NCBI GenBank assembly: GCA_041640595.1 | Contig: JBEPZY010000005.1 | Span: forward strand, 192,001 to 256,000 | Source of the DNA: Gemmatales bacterium | GTDB taxonomy: Bacteria; Planctomycetota; Planctomycetia; Gemmatales; HRBIN36 | Direction of reading: 5' to 3' | Length of the DNA: 64,000 bases | Shown here: piece by piece, positions 20,342-30,140 of the stretch | How positions within the stretch are numbered: position 1 is the first letter of the stretch | How the letters are laid out: the number at the start of each line of letters is the position of its first letter | Notes under the pieces: model-generated | What the model saw: the letters and a program-made list of their open reading frames with translations, nothing else | Database searches by the model: none | Told to the model about the DNA's origin: nothing | Program-made: the position numbers and the translations under genes

Positions 20342-20938
20342 TTAGAAATCGCCTTCCCTGGCATAGGGTTGGCTCCAGAGAATCACCTGCAAGGTTACCG
20401 CTTTAAACCACGCGTGATACATTTTATCCACTTCTTGCGGCGAATGGCCCTTTTTAGCCAGGAAGTCACGGATGGTAACTGTGATCGGCACGATGAAGGC
20501 GATGAGATACCGTAGGGGAACAATGTCCGTGGCAGCGGCTACGTGGTCGGTTTGGTTCTTCTTGGTGCGATGGTGCCTCAGGCCGATCTCATGCTGGTAA
20601 TTCAGCCAGTCCTGGTCGTGCGGGCGGTTACAGGTATCGAGAATCCACTGCCCGAAGCGACGTCGCACGGCCGCCAGATACTCGCCGATCGGTTGCCCGT
20701 TCTTGTCGAGAAAGTACTTCACCAGATGCGGTTGAGAACCGACAAAACCATACCACAGGTCGAGGATCTGCTCGACCTGATCGGCGAGCACCTGTCCAGC
20801 CAGGCGTAAATAGCGAACATCCTCGTCGGTGAAAAGCAGTGCCTTTTTGATGTCTTCCAGCTCCGCCAGTGTGAGCGGCGAGCGAGCTACCGTCGGTTGG
20901 CCGTAGGTGTAGCCGGGGATACTGGTCGTGGTACTCAT
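20342..20938 (-). CDS. Protoglobin (single-domain, archaeal-type globin)
   Basis: IPGYTYG, ILDLWYGFVGSQPHL, RFGQWILDT, YQHEIGLRHHRTKKNQTD and WFKAVTLQVILWSQPY match the protoglobin family signature along the whole length. Confidence 0.93.
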   Translation of the reverse strand: MSTTTSIPGYTYGQPTVARSPLTLAELEDIKKALLFTDEDVRYLRLAGQVLADQVEQILDLWYGFVGSQPHLVKYFLDKNGQPIGEYLAAVRRRFGQWILDTCNRPHDQDWLNYQHEIGLRHHRTKKNQTDHVAAATDIVPLRYLIAFIVPITVTIRDFLAKKGHSPQEVDKMYHAWFKAVTLQVILWSQPYAREGDF

Positions 20939-20969
20939 GTATGGTCCTCCTCAGGCGACCTCGTTCTAT

Positions 20970-21003
20970 TAGGACTCCTACGCTGTTATATAGGAATCCT
21001 ATA
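20970..21003. promoter_or_regulatory. Tandem palindromic operator TAGGA-N-TCCTA (two copies) upstream of the protoglobin-MarR operon
   Basis: TAGGACTCCTA at 20970-20980 and TATAGGAATCCTATA at 20989-21003. The cores are 21 bp apart. Confidence 0.65.
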
Positions 21004-21558
21004 CATCTGCATTCTATGCTTATCCAGCACGCTGTCAAGTGCAGTTGAGAAAATGGAGACGGTTTGCGAACCGCCCGCGGAGGTGATAGCAAGCTGGGAT
21101 GCTTTCCATGGCGCCGATTGGCGGGATCCTGATTTCTCCAGCCGACTGTTGCCGCGACGATTGCCACACAGCCGAACCAATTGCGCTGGTGCGTTACAGC
21201 ACGTTGCCGGTATCTGTACCTCAGACGGAATAGCGTGCCGGCTACTTAAATCCGGTGTGTGGATAGGCTGGCCTGCCTTTTGCACCCGACAAGCAGCTAA
21301 TTGGGCGACTTTGGTTTTGTCGCTCACCGTTACGTTGACCTTCGCAGTTGGTACCTGGCGTCCACCAGTTAGTGCGAGCGATCGCCGCTTACTCATGTAC
21401 ACTGGCCTGCGTGTTCGGCACAGGGTGGTATTGCCAGCCGTCTGGCTTGCTGGGATATAATTAAGCCGCTGATAAACGAGCCTGGCTTGCGAGAATGCAA
21501 CGCTTCGGCCCGGGAAACTGCGTGGCGGAAAACATCTGCCAGCGGTGAAGAAGAACAC

Positions 21559-21631
21559 GCCCCCTTAGCTCAACTGGTAGAGCAACTGACTCTTAATCAG
21601 TGGGTTGCAGGTTCGAGTCCTGCAGGGGGCA
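21559..21631 (+). tRNA. tRNA-Lys (CTT)
   Basis: GCCCCCT/AGGGGGC acceptor stem, ACTGA-CTCTTAA-TCAGT anticodon arm and GGTTCGAGTCC T-arm. Confidence 0.97.
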
Positions 21632-21948
21632 CTTGGTAATGCCCAAGCGAAGAAGCTAGCGGTTGTCCTCGGTCTCTGTCCCAAAGCAGCAAAGGCACTG
21701 CTCGAAGCGCAGCAATCGGTAATTGGCAGCCATAGCACGGTTCGCATTCTATCCCCCGACGAGGATGTTGGTGACAAATAACCGCAACAGGCGATTCCCG
21801 GCGACGGCACGGTCGGCATCGCCCGTATTGGGCGGGGAGTGATCCTGCAGATTGTAAAGGGCCGAAGTTGCAATTGTGGTTCCGAGGCCATGCAGGCCGT
21901 GTTTCGATATGACTGACAGCGAGCATGACGAGCAAGGGGGAGTCACGC

Positions 21949-22365
21949 ATGCGAATTGGCGAACTGGCGAAACGATGCGGCGTGAGTGTGCAGACGCTTC
22001 GCTTTTACGAGCGGAAAGGCCTCTTACCCGAGCCACCGCGGCGGCTGTCCGGCTATCGCGACTATCCGCCAGAGGCGGAGAAGCTGGTGCGGTTCATTCG
22101 GACGGCCAAGACGTTTGGCTTCTCGCTGCACGAAATCAGAGAACTGTTGGGGCTGCAACGGCGAAGTTGGGCCACGTGTGCGGATATATGTGCCTTTGTT
22201 GCACGGAAGCTCGAGCAAATCGAAGCCAGGATTCACGAGCTGCAAGAGAGCCGTCGTATGCTGTCACAACTTCTTGAGCACTGCCCCGGCCGTGGGCCGC
22301 TGGCGGATTGTACGATTTTGCGAACACTGGCCCCAGACGACAGCACTTCGGCTGGCAGAGCATAA
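21949..22365 (+). CDS. MerR-family heavy-metal-responsive regulator (three-Cys, divalent-metal type)
   Basis: MRIGELAKRCGVSVQTLRFYERKGLL, GYRxY, GFSLxEI, a Cys at the start of the dimer helix (TCADIC) and a CX8C loop (CPGRGPLADC). Confidence 0.93.
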   Translation: MRIGELAKRCGVSVQTLRFYERKGLLPEPPRRLSGYRDYPPEAEKLVRFIRTAKTFGFSLHEIRELLGLQRRSWATCADICAFVARKLEQIEARIHELQESRRMLSQLLEHCPGRGPLADCTILRTLAPDDSTSAGRA

Positions 22366-22454
22366 GGCCGCCACCTGGCAGAAAGGCTTATAACCTTTGC
22401 CGTCTTCCAGGTGCACGCTGAGTTTGGTTTGTCGCTGATTTTCCGCAACCACCG

Positions 22455-22486
22455 TTGAACCCGATACCAAGGTAGAGAGTCATAAT
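22455..22486 (+). promoter_or_regulatory. MerR-type promoter with a 20-bp spacer and internal dyad
   Basis: TTGAAC (22455-60), N20, CATAAT (22481-86). A dyad centred on 22469-70 (TACC-AA-GGTA) pairs at 7 of 10 positions. Confidence 0.65.
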
Positions 22487-22604
22487 ACAGATGACGGCGT
22501 GCACGCCTGCGTAAAAGCTCGGCCCGTGAATCTGCTCACCGAGTCGGGATGCTGCTCCCAACCGAATGGGACGCTGCTCTCCACCACAGTAAGGAGGTGT
22601 AACA

Positions 22605-22850
22605 ATGTCCCGAAGAAATTGGCTGTGGTACGTGCTGAGCGGTAGCGTTCTGGTGCTGACCGCAGCACTGGGTTATGCTGGCTGGCGGCAGATGGAATTG
22701 GGCACAGCGCGACAGGGCTATATTTGCCCGCTTACGGGAGAAACCTTGCCCTGCCCGCAATGCTGTCCCCTTGCGGAACAGTACGTTTGCCCGCTGACCG
22801 GCGAGGCGCTGCCGTGCCCGCAATGTTGTCCGCTGCAGGCCTCGAAGTAA
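22605..22850 (+). CDS. Small membrane-anchored Cys-rich protein with two YxCPLTGExLPCPQCCPL repeats
   Basis: Perfect SD TAAGGAGGT, an N-terminal hydrophobic helix and 8 Cys. The two repeats differ at 10 synonymous and only 2 non-synonymous codons. Confidence 0.85.
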   Translation: MSRRNWLWYVLSGSVLVLTAALGYAGWRQMELGTARQGYICPLTGETLPCPQCCPLAEQYVCPLTGEALPCPQCCPLQASK

Positions 22851-22892
22851 TTGCCTGGATGGCGTACCGGCCTTAGATAGGTAGCTGTGCCT

Positions 22893-22923
22893 GGGGCCTG
22901 CGCCCCTCACCGCTGCAGGCCCC
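22893..22923. terminator. GC-rich hairpin between convergent genes (possible terminator)
   Basis: GGGGCCTGC...GCAGGCCCC forms a 9-bp stem. There is no clear U tract. Confidence 0.4.
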
Positions 22924-22981
22924 GCACTCTTCGCGTGAACGCTTACGCAGACCGAGGGATAGCGAAACTTCGGTGGGTTAG

Positions 22982-24046
22982 TTATTCGACGAGAACGCTG
23001 CCGGGTTCGCCTTCCTTGCCGGCAATGGTGATGCGGCGAGGAAGGAAGCGGGAAACGACTTCGGCGTTGGTGATGAGGTGGGAAGTGATGGTGCTGACCG
23101 GAAAAGAGGAACGACCTGCCGCCAGGGCCAAGGGCAGGAGCAACTGGTCGGCACTGTGGGGGTCAACAGCCTGCGGGCCATGTTCAGCGTGATGCAGTAA
23201 CTCATCCACAGCATCGTCGGCGACACGTTCGGCTGGTTTGCCACGTTCGCCCAAAGCTGCGAACAGTGTAGGGACGGGTCCCAGTTGCCAGACGAGTGCC
23301 AGCACGGTGCCCGGCCCATCTTCCCAGGACTGGATTTCGATTTCGGCATCCAAGCCGGCCTGACGCAAGCGTTTTTCCGCACGGTGGGCTTGGCGCTCAG
23401 CAATACTGAGTGGAAGTCCGGCGACAGCACTGAATCCAGTGACGGCGAGTTGACGGCCCCAGCGTGGAATGGGTGGATGTGCGGCCTGGTCAGCTACCAG
23501 TACCAGCGGCTGCACGGCTGAGCTTGGGCTGATCTGCGCTTCGACCACGCCACCTCCTCGCGGATAGAAACCAGGCCGACGCATCTTCAGCCGCACTCGC
23601 AATCCCAGCTTTTCCAGCCAAGTCCGCCACGTTGTCTCCAGGAAGTGGAAGCAGGGACTTTTCGGGACATGCGTGCCACCGCTGATCACCACTTCGCTGG
23701 GTTCGTTGGCCGCCAGGGCGAGGGGATAATAGACGGTTTGCAGAACCAGGCTGGTAGCGCCCGCCGTACCGATGCTGAAATGGTATTGCCCTGGTTGCAC
23801 CCGACCGGGAATGAACGTCAACTCGCCGCTGCCGAGGGTGTCGCCGTGGACTTCTGCCTGACTGATTTGAGCGGCGGCACGCACGCAGCTGAGATGCTGC
23901 GGTTGTAAACCGGGCTTGGGCCGATTCGCACGTATCCGCACTAATCGAAATGCCTTGCCTGTCAACAATGCCAGCGTCAGGCTGGTGCGCAGAATCTGCC
24001 CACCACCTTCCCCGAAAGAGCCATCCAGTTCGAGCAAATGTGTCAT
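22982..24046 (-). CDS. rtcA: RNA 3'-terminal phosphate cyclase
   Basis: LDGSFGEGGGQILRT, RxNRPKPGLxxQH, GGTHV, GFYPRGGG, DPHSADQL and HLITN. Confidence 0.95.
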   Translation of the reverse strand: MTHLLELDGSFGEGGGQILRTSLTLALLTGKAFRLVRIRANRPKPGLQPQHLSCVRAAAQISQAEVHGDTLGSGELTFIPGRVQPGQYHFSIGTAGATSLVLQTVYYPLALAANEPSEVVISGGTHVPKSPCFHFLETTWRTWLEKLGLRVRLKMRRPGFYPRGGGVVEAQISPSSAVQPLVLVADQAAHPPIPRWGRQLAVTGFSAVAGLPLSIAERQAHRAEKRLRQAGLDAEIEIQSWEDGPGTVLALVWQLGPVPTLFAALGERGKPAERVADDAVDELLHHAEHGPQAVDPHSADQLLLPLALAAGRSSFPVSTITSHLITNAEVVSRFLPRRITIAGKEGEPGSVLVE

Positions 24047-24123
24047 GGTCGCCAGGGATGCCAGATGCAGGAACTCAGGCAGTGGACAAATGCCGATTAA
24101 TCCGAGGCCGTGTCGTGGCGAAA

Positions 24124-24972
24124 CTACTTTGTTGTGCGAATGCGTAATGCCTTGAATCGGCGGACGCAATCGGTAATCGCGGTTTCCGCCGGTAAGCGCT
24201 CAATGCTGGAAGCGCCGAAGAAACCGACCACGCCTTCGGTATGGTCGAGGATGTACTGGGCATCTTCGGGTTCGGAAATCGGTCCGCCATGACAGAGCAC
24301 CAGGATGTCCGGATTAACTTTCTTGGCGGCATCGTGCATGGCCTGTACTCGGCGGGCGGCTTCTTCGAGCGTCATGGCGGTTTTGGCGCCGATCATCCCT
24401 TTGGTGGTCAGACCCATGTGCGGGATAATTACGTCGGCACCGGCGCGGGCCATGTCGCGGGCTTCGTCTTCGTTAAACACATACGGGCAGGTGAGCAGCC
24501 CCAGTTCGTGCGCTTGCCGGATCATGTCCACTTCCAGACCGAAACCCATGCCGGTTTCTTCCAGGTTTTGCCGGAACAAACTGTCGCGGTCAATCAGGCC
24601 GACGGTGGGGAAGTTTTGCACGCCGCTGAATCCGATCTCCATCAGTTCGCGGAGGAAAAGCGGCATAATGCGAAAAGGATCGGTGCCGCACACCCCGGCC
24701 AGGACCGGCGTGTTTTTGACGATGGGCAACACCTCGCGGGCCATTTCCACAACAATTTGATTGGCGTCGCCGTAGGGCATCATGCCTGCCAGACTGCCGC
24801 GGCCGGCCATGCGGTAGCGACCGGAGTTGTAGATGATGATCAGGTCAATGCCGCCGGCTTCCGCACATTTGGCGCTGAGACCGATACCGGCACCACCGCC
24901 GATGATCGGTTTGCCGGCTCGTATTTGCGAACGCAGACGTTCCAGACATTGTTCACGGGTGAATCGTGGCAT
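24124..24972 (-). CDS. Phosphoenolpyruvate hydrolase-like TIM-barrel protein (Tm-1 C-terminal/PF09370-like)
   Basis: [47 protein letters not shown] and GASSIERLP. Confidence 0.88.
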   Translation of the reverse strand: MPRFTREQCLERLRSQIRAGKPIIGGGAGIGLSAKCAEAGGIDLIIIYNSGRYRMAGRGSLAGMMPYGDANQIVVEMAREVLPIVKNTPVLAGVCGTDPFRIMPLFLRELMEIGFSGVQNFPTVGLIDRDSLFRQNLEETGMGFGLEVDMIRQAHELGLLTCPYVFNEDEARDMARAGADVIIPHMGLTTKGMIGAKTAMTLEEAARRVQAMHDAAKKVNPDILVLCHGGPISEPEDAQYILDHTEGVVGFFGASSIERLPAETAITDCVRRFKALRIRTTK

Positions 24973-25296
24973 CGGTGCATCTCCCGTTGTATGTGGCCCG
25001 GTATTGCGGAAACCAGGAGCATCAGCGGGCCGCATAAGTTCAGTGTGAGCAGGCGATCGCAAGTGGCAGATAGAAAGCAACGGAGCTTCGCTCATTCGGC
25101 TGCCATTCCCAATCAGCAGCCCGGCATGGATCATCTCCAGGCATCAGCATGCACTGCCGACATTTCCTGGCGTCAGGCTAGTTCCAGCGCGACGGAGCTA
25201 TTCATGCTCGCCATGACTGGCCACGTTATTGATAGAGTTTACGCAGCTAAGCAGCATCGCACAGCCGGGAGTGTGCTCCGTCGGTCCACGTGCTTG

Positions 25297-26988
25297 CTAG
25301 CCGGCTTTAGGAACTATCGTGATCGCTCCGCGTGCGGCACTGGAAACGAGGGCGGCATATTTAGCGAAGACACCGTGGGTATAGCGTGGAGTTGGAGGCT
25401 TCCAGGAAGCCCGGCGAGACTGCAACTCCGCCGCTGAAATTTCCAGATTGAGCTGCCGTCGGGGAATGTCGAAAACGATCATGTCGCCATCACGCACCAG
25501 GGCAATGGGCCCGCCGACTGCTGCTTCCGGTGCAACATGACCGGCCATCAAACCATGGGTGGCGCCACTGAAGCGACCGTCGGTGAGCAGGGCGACGCTT
25601 TCGCCCAATCCAGCGCCTACGATGGCACTGGTTACGCCCAGCATTTCGCGCATCCCCGGTCCCCCTTTCGGCCCTTCGTAGCGGATCACCACCACATCAC
25701 CGGGACGGATTTCTCCAGCGGTAACCGCACGCATGGCGTCTTCCTCACGGTCGAAGACGCGGGCCGGACCACGGTGATACGTTCGCTCATGGCCAGCAAT
25801 TTTGAGTACCGCTCCTTCCGGGGCCAGATTCCCTTTGAGGATCACCAGCCCACCGTTTGGTTTCAAAGGCCGATCGCAGGTTGTAACCACATCCTGTCCG
25901 GGGGTTTCGACGGCCAGCGCAGCTTCTTCCGCGAGGGTCTTGCCGGAAGGCGTCATTTGCCGGCCGTCCAGTTTGCCATGCTCCAGCAGATGTTTTGCCA
26001 CCAACCGTGTACCCCCAGCGCGATCGAGGTCGGCAGCGACGTATCTTCCCCAAGGCTTGAGATCGGCGATAATTGGCGTGCGACTGCTCACGGTGTCGAA
26101 ATCGTCAATGGTCAGCTCAACACCGGCCTCGTGGGCAATGGCCAGCAGATGGAGCACCGCATTGGTGGAACCACCAGTGGCGGCTACGCCGGCGATGGCG
26201 TTTTCAAACGAGCCACGGGTCAGGTAATCCCGCGGTTTCTGGCCTCGCCGCAGCATTTCCATGACCAGTCGGCCACATTCGTAGGCGACCTGTTTTTTCC
26301 GCGGATCGAGGGCAGGGGGACTGGCGCTGCCCATTGGCGACAGTCCGAGAAACTCCAGGGCCAGTGCCATCGTGTTGGCAGTGAACTGTCCGCCGCAGGC
26401 TCCTGCTCCTGGACAGGCACAGTTTTCAATTTCGCGGAATTCCTGCTCGCTAAGTTTGCCACGGGCGAAAGCACCCACCGCTTCAAACACATCTTGAATG
26501 GTCAGAGAGCGATCCCGCCAGCGTCCTGGTGCAATCGAGCCCCCGTACAGAACAAAGCCGGGCACATCGCAGCGCAACAATCCCATCGCCCCGCCCGGAA
26601 TGGTTTTGTCGCAGGCCACTAAACACACCAGGGCATCGAAGAAATGTCCACGCCCCACCAGTTCGATGGAATCGGCAATGACCTCGCGGCTGATGAGACT
26701 GGCTTTCATCCCTTCTGTGCCCATGGTCACACCGTCGCTGATGGCGATGGTGTTGAACTCCATAGGGGTCCCGCCGGCAGCACGGATTCCTTCTTTCAAT
26801 GCCTGCGCTAAATCGCGTAGATGATAATTACACGGCATCGTTTCCACCCAGGTATTGGCAATGCCAACCAGCGGACGCGACAGGTCTTCGTCTGTAAAGC
26901 CGATGGCTTTCAGCATCGCCCGTGCGGGTGCCCGCTCGGGGCCATCCAGAAGGATGCGGCTACGGTGACGGGGGTCAAAATCAGCCAT
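25297..26988 (-). CDS. ilvD: Dihydroxy-acid dehydratase
   Basis: PCNx[46 protein letters not shown] and TDGRFSG. Confidence 0.96.
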   Translation of the reverse strand: MADFDPRHRSRILLDGPERAPARAMLKAIGFTDEDLSRPLVGIANTWVETMPCNYHLRDLAQALKEGIRAAGGTPMEFNTIAISDGVTMGTEGMKASLISREVIADSIELVGRGHFFDALVCLVACDKTIPGGAMGLLRCDVPGFVLYGGSIAPGRWRDRSLTIQDVFEAVGAFARGKLSEQEFREIENCACPGAGACGGQFTANTMALALEFLGLSPMGSASPPALDPRKKQVAYECGRLVMEMLRRGQKPRDYLTRGSFENAIAGVAATGGSTNAVLHLLAIAHEAGVELTIDDFDTVSSRTPIIADLKPWGRYVAADLDRAGGTRLVAKHLLEHGKLDGRQMTPSGKTLAEEAALAVETPGQDVVTTCDRPLKPNGGLVILKGNLAPEGAVLKIAGHERTYHRGPARVFDREEDAMRAVTAGEIRPGDVVVIRYEGPKGGPGMREMLGVTSAIVGAGLGESVALLTDGRFSGATHGLMAGHVAPEAAVGGPIALVRDGDMIVFDIPRRQLNLEISAAELQSRRASWKPPTPRYTHGVFAKYAALVSSAARGAITIVPKAG

Positions 26989-27232
26989 GGTTCGACTCCA
27001 GTTGACGGAAATTCCTGGTTTCCGAATGCACGTCGGTCGGGTTGTTTCCGCCGCGTGGCACCGATGGACCAGAATATTCCGGTGGACGCGGAATTTATCA
27101 GTTGCCTGATTCCTGCGAAGTTATGCCGGTTCCTTCGTCTGCTGATTACGAGACCGGCAAGGATGGGGGCCATTTTATGCCTGATCCGCATCACCAGCGA
27201 GTCGTGAGCTAAATTTCAAAGGGAGAAAAGCC

Positions 27233-28180
27233 ATGCTCTTCGGAAAAAGCAACGTTTCTGCCTTCGCGACAAACCGTCCGGAATCCTGGAAGCTGGAGCT
27301 GAGCCGACTGGAAGACCTGCCCATGTTTCCCACCTGGGCGGTGGAAGCGCTGGAAGTTGCCAATCAGCCGGATGCGTCGCTACGGGACCTGGCCCGCGTG
27401 ATTCAGCGCGACATCGTCTTGACAGCGGGGATTTTGAAACTCGCCAACAGCTCCTTATACTGCACAGGCCGCGAAGCTACCACCGTCGAACAGGCGGTAG
27501 TTCGCCTGGGAATTGTTCGCTGTCGTCATGCCATTCTCACGGTGGGTATGCGTAGCATCTGGCGTGAAGGGACGCGCCGACTCCAGCCTCGCTGGGCCCA
27601 GTTCCTCTGGTATCATTCCCTGTTAGTAGCCCATATCGCCGAGCGATTGAGTTATCGCTTGCGGTTGCCGTTTCAGGGTGAAGAGGTGCCGGCCGGACTG
27701 GCTCACGATCTCGGTCGTATGGTGCTGGCTTTCGAGCATTGCCCAGCACCGCTGGCACGTTGTGACGACGCATTTCTGGAGACCTCCACCATTCTCCGTT
27801 TGGAACGCGAACAACTCGGCACCGAACATGGTGCCATCGGTGCATGGTTTTTGCAAATGAACCGGCTGCCGGCCTTCCTGGCCGACGTCGCGGAATATCA
27901 CCATCGCCCCGAGCGGGCCACGCAGCACCGGGAGTTAGTGCAGTTGATCAGCGTCGCAGAAGACCTGGGCAACTACTGCTACGCCGCCAGCCACGGCACT
28001 TTTTACGAGCCTGGTTCACAGACTCGGGAATGGTTGCGGCGTTATTTCGGCGAAGATACAGGCGAGATCGGAGAAATCATGCCAGGAAGCGATCGGTGCG
28101 GCATGCCCTCCTCCAGCCAGATGCTACAGCAAATCCTGCTCGAAGCTACGCAGCAAACCCAGCAGATGTTCGGCTCCTGA
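27233..28180 (+). CDS. HDOD domain-containing protein
   Basis: LPMFP, ILKLANS, AVVRLG, WxHS, GLAHDLG, EH..G and HHRP. Confidence 0.88.
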   Translation: MLFGKSNVSAFATNRPESWKLELSRLEDLPMFPTWAVEALEVANQPDASLRDLARVIQRDIVLTAGILKLANSSLYCTGREATTVEQAVVRLGIVRCRHAILTVGMRSIWREGTRRLQPRWAQFLWYHSLLVAHIAERLSYRLRLPFQGEEVPAGLAHDLGRMVLAFEHCPAPLARCDDAFLETSTILRLEREQLGTEHGAIGAWFLQMNRLPAFLADVAEYHHRPERATQHRELVQLISVAEDLGNYCYAASHGTFYEPGSQTREWLRRYFGEDTGEIGEIMPGSDRCGMPSSSQMLQQILLEATQQTQQMFGS

Positions 28181-28521
28181 AGGAACAGCACGAAGCGAGA
28201 AAAAGCAAGCCGGTATTATACGCTTTTCTCTGCTAACCGGACGCGACGCCGTTGAAAATACACATGCTGTCATTCACAACCCGAAGGAATCGGACAGCGT
28301 TTGAGTAAGGGTAACCGGATGCGCCTTCCCGCTTTAACAATCGCGGCTCCGTTATTGCAGGCGTGTATCCCAGTTCTCCCGGCCGGCTAACGCCTGCCGC
28401 TTTTGTGTGCACATCCTCGTGCGTATGCGCAAATTCGCACCGACGGTATAGCCCAGGCTCGTCGGCCGAACGATGGGCACAAGGCAATTTTCCGAATCGA
28501 GGACAAAGCAGAGTCCGACGG

Positions 28522-29937
28522 TTATTCAAGCGAAGGGCCGAGCATTTTTTCCGGCCGAACAATGCGGTCGAATTCCTCGGCACTGAGCAGACCCAGTTCC
28601 ACACACACCTGCTTGAGGGTCTTGTTCTCAGCAAAAGCCTTCTTGGCCACACGGGCGGCGTTGTCGTAACCAATCCGCGGACTCAGTGCCGTTACCAGCA
28701 TGAGCGAGCGTTCGACATAGCTTTGCAACTGGGCCACATTGGGGCGGATGCCGACTACGCAATGCTCGGTGAAACTGCGGCACGCATCCGCTAACAGTCG
28801 CAGCGACTGGAGCACGTTATAGATAATCACCGGCTTGAAAACATTGAGCTCGAAATTGCCCTGCGAGTCGGCAAAAGTCACCGTGGCATGATTGCCGAAC
28901 ACCTGCACACAGACCATTGTCATCGCTTCACACTGTGTAGGATTGACTTTGCCGGGCATGATGGAGGAACCCGGCTCATTTTCGGGCAAGAACAGTTCCG
29001 CCAGACCACAGCGTGGCCCCGAACCCATCCAGCGAATGTCGTTGGCAATTTTCATCAGAGCCGCCGCCAGTGTGGCACAGGCACCACTGAGTGCCACCAG
29101 CGGTTCGTGACTGGCCAGCGCGGCGAATTTGTTGGCAGCGGAGACAAACGGATACCCGGTTAGTCGTGCGATCTCCCGTGCCACACGCTCGGCAAATTCC
29201 GGGTGCGTGTTCAATCCCGTGCCGACGGCGGTACCGCCTAATGCCAGCCGATACAGAAACGGCAGAGTTTTTTCCACGGCTTCCAGGGCGTCATCGAGTT
29301 GAGCGACGTAACCGGAAAGTTCCTGGCCGAGAGTTAACGGCACCGCGTCCATGAGGTGAGTGCGGCCGATTTTGATGAGACCGGCGAACTCCTCAGCCTT
29401 AGCGGCCAGGGCTTCCCGTAGCTGTCGCACGGCTGGCTGCAAACGTTTGCGCACTTCTTCCACAGCCGCGATGTGCATCGCCGTCGGGAAAGTATCGTTC
29501 GAGGATTGCGACATGTTGACGTGGTCGTTGGGGTGAATCGGTTTCTTGCTGCCAAGCTGGCCTCCCGCCAGTTCAATGGCGCGGTTGGCGATCACCTCGT
29601 TGACGTTCATGTTGGTCTGCGTACCGCTGCCGGTTTGCCAGACACGCACCGGAAAATGGTCGTCCAGCTTGCCCGCGATGACTTCGTCGGCGGCCTGGAT
29701 AATCAACCGCGCTTTGTCTTCCGGCAACAAGCCCAGGTCGCGGTTGACGATCGCTGACGCTTTTTTGATGATCCCGAATGCCCAGATCACGGCCCGGGGC
29801 ATCCGTTCCTCGCCGATGGCGAAATGGATGAGCGAGCGTTGCGTCTGGGCTCCCCAATAGCGATCGGCGGGCACTTCGATCGGCCCCATAGTGTCAGTTT
29901 CGGTGCGTGTTGCGGTTTTGCCAGCGGTGGTGCTCAT
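28522..29937 (-). CDS. fumC: Class II fumarate hydratase
   Basis: [34 protein letters not shown] and [13 protein letters not shown]. Confidence 0.97.
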   Translation of the reverse strand: MSTTAGKTATRTETDTMGPIEVPADRYWGAQTQRSLIHFAIGEERMPRAVIWAFGIIKKASAIVNRDLGLLPEDKARLIIQAADEVIAGKLDDHFPVRVWQTGSGTQTNMNVNEVIANRAIELAGGQLGSKKPIHPNDHVNMSQSSNDTFPTAMHIAAVEEVRKRLQPAVRQLREALAAKAEEFAGLIKIGRTHLMDAVPLTLGQELSGYVAQLDDALEAVEKTLPFLYRLALGGTAVGTGLNTHPEFAERVAREIARLTGYPFVSAANKFAALASHEPLVALSGACATLAAALMKIANDIRWMGSGPRCGLAELFLPENEPGSSIMPGKVNPTQCEAMTMVCVQVFGNHATVTFADSQGNFELNVFKPVIIYNVLQSLRLLADACRSFTEHCVVGIRPNVAQLQSYVERSLMLVTALSPRIGYDNAARVAKKAFAENKTLKQVCVELGLLSAEEFDRIVRPEKMLGPSLE

Positions 29938-30140
29938 GGTGGGTCTCCTGGAAGCCTTGTATTCTGGTGCCATCGAGCACAATAGCGCGTAGCCGGAAGC
30001 TATCTGCTGTCGCCCGGCCAAAGAAGCCGCGGTCAGCATTGTCTTCCTGCCACGTTCTCTATGATATGCAACAATTGCTCCGGGCTGGCCGGAGCTTGGA
30101 ATTTCCGTAAACGCCTGCCCCTTGGCTCAACGGACTGACC

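Noticed and set aside
21004..21558. ORFs 20897..21460 (+) and 20986..21558 (-) in the gap before tRNA-Lys
   Set aside because: They have no convincing SD or motifs and overlap the protoglobin start or operator. The gap is left unexplained.
22830..22921. 12-bp copy (CCGCTGCAGGCC) of the Cys-rich gene end, 80 bp downstream
   Set aside because: It is short, GC-rich and lacks the stop codon, so it is compatible with chance.
21559..22980. Integrative island at tRNA-Lys carrying the MerR module
   Set aside because: There is no integrase and I could not find a duplicated tRNA 3' end (att site). Only the position is suggestive.
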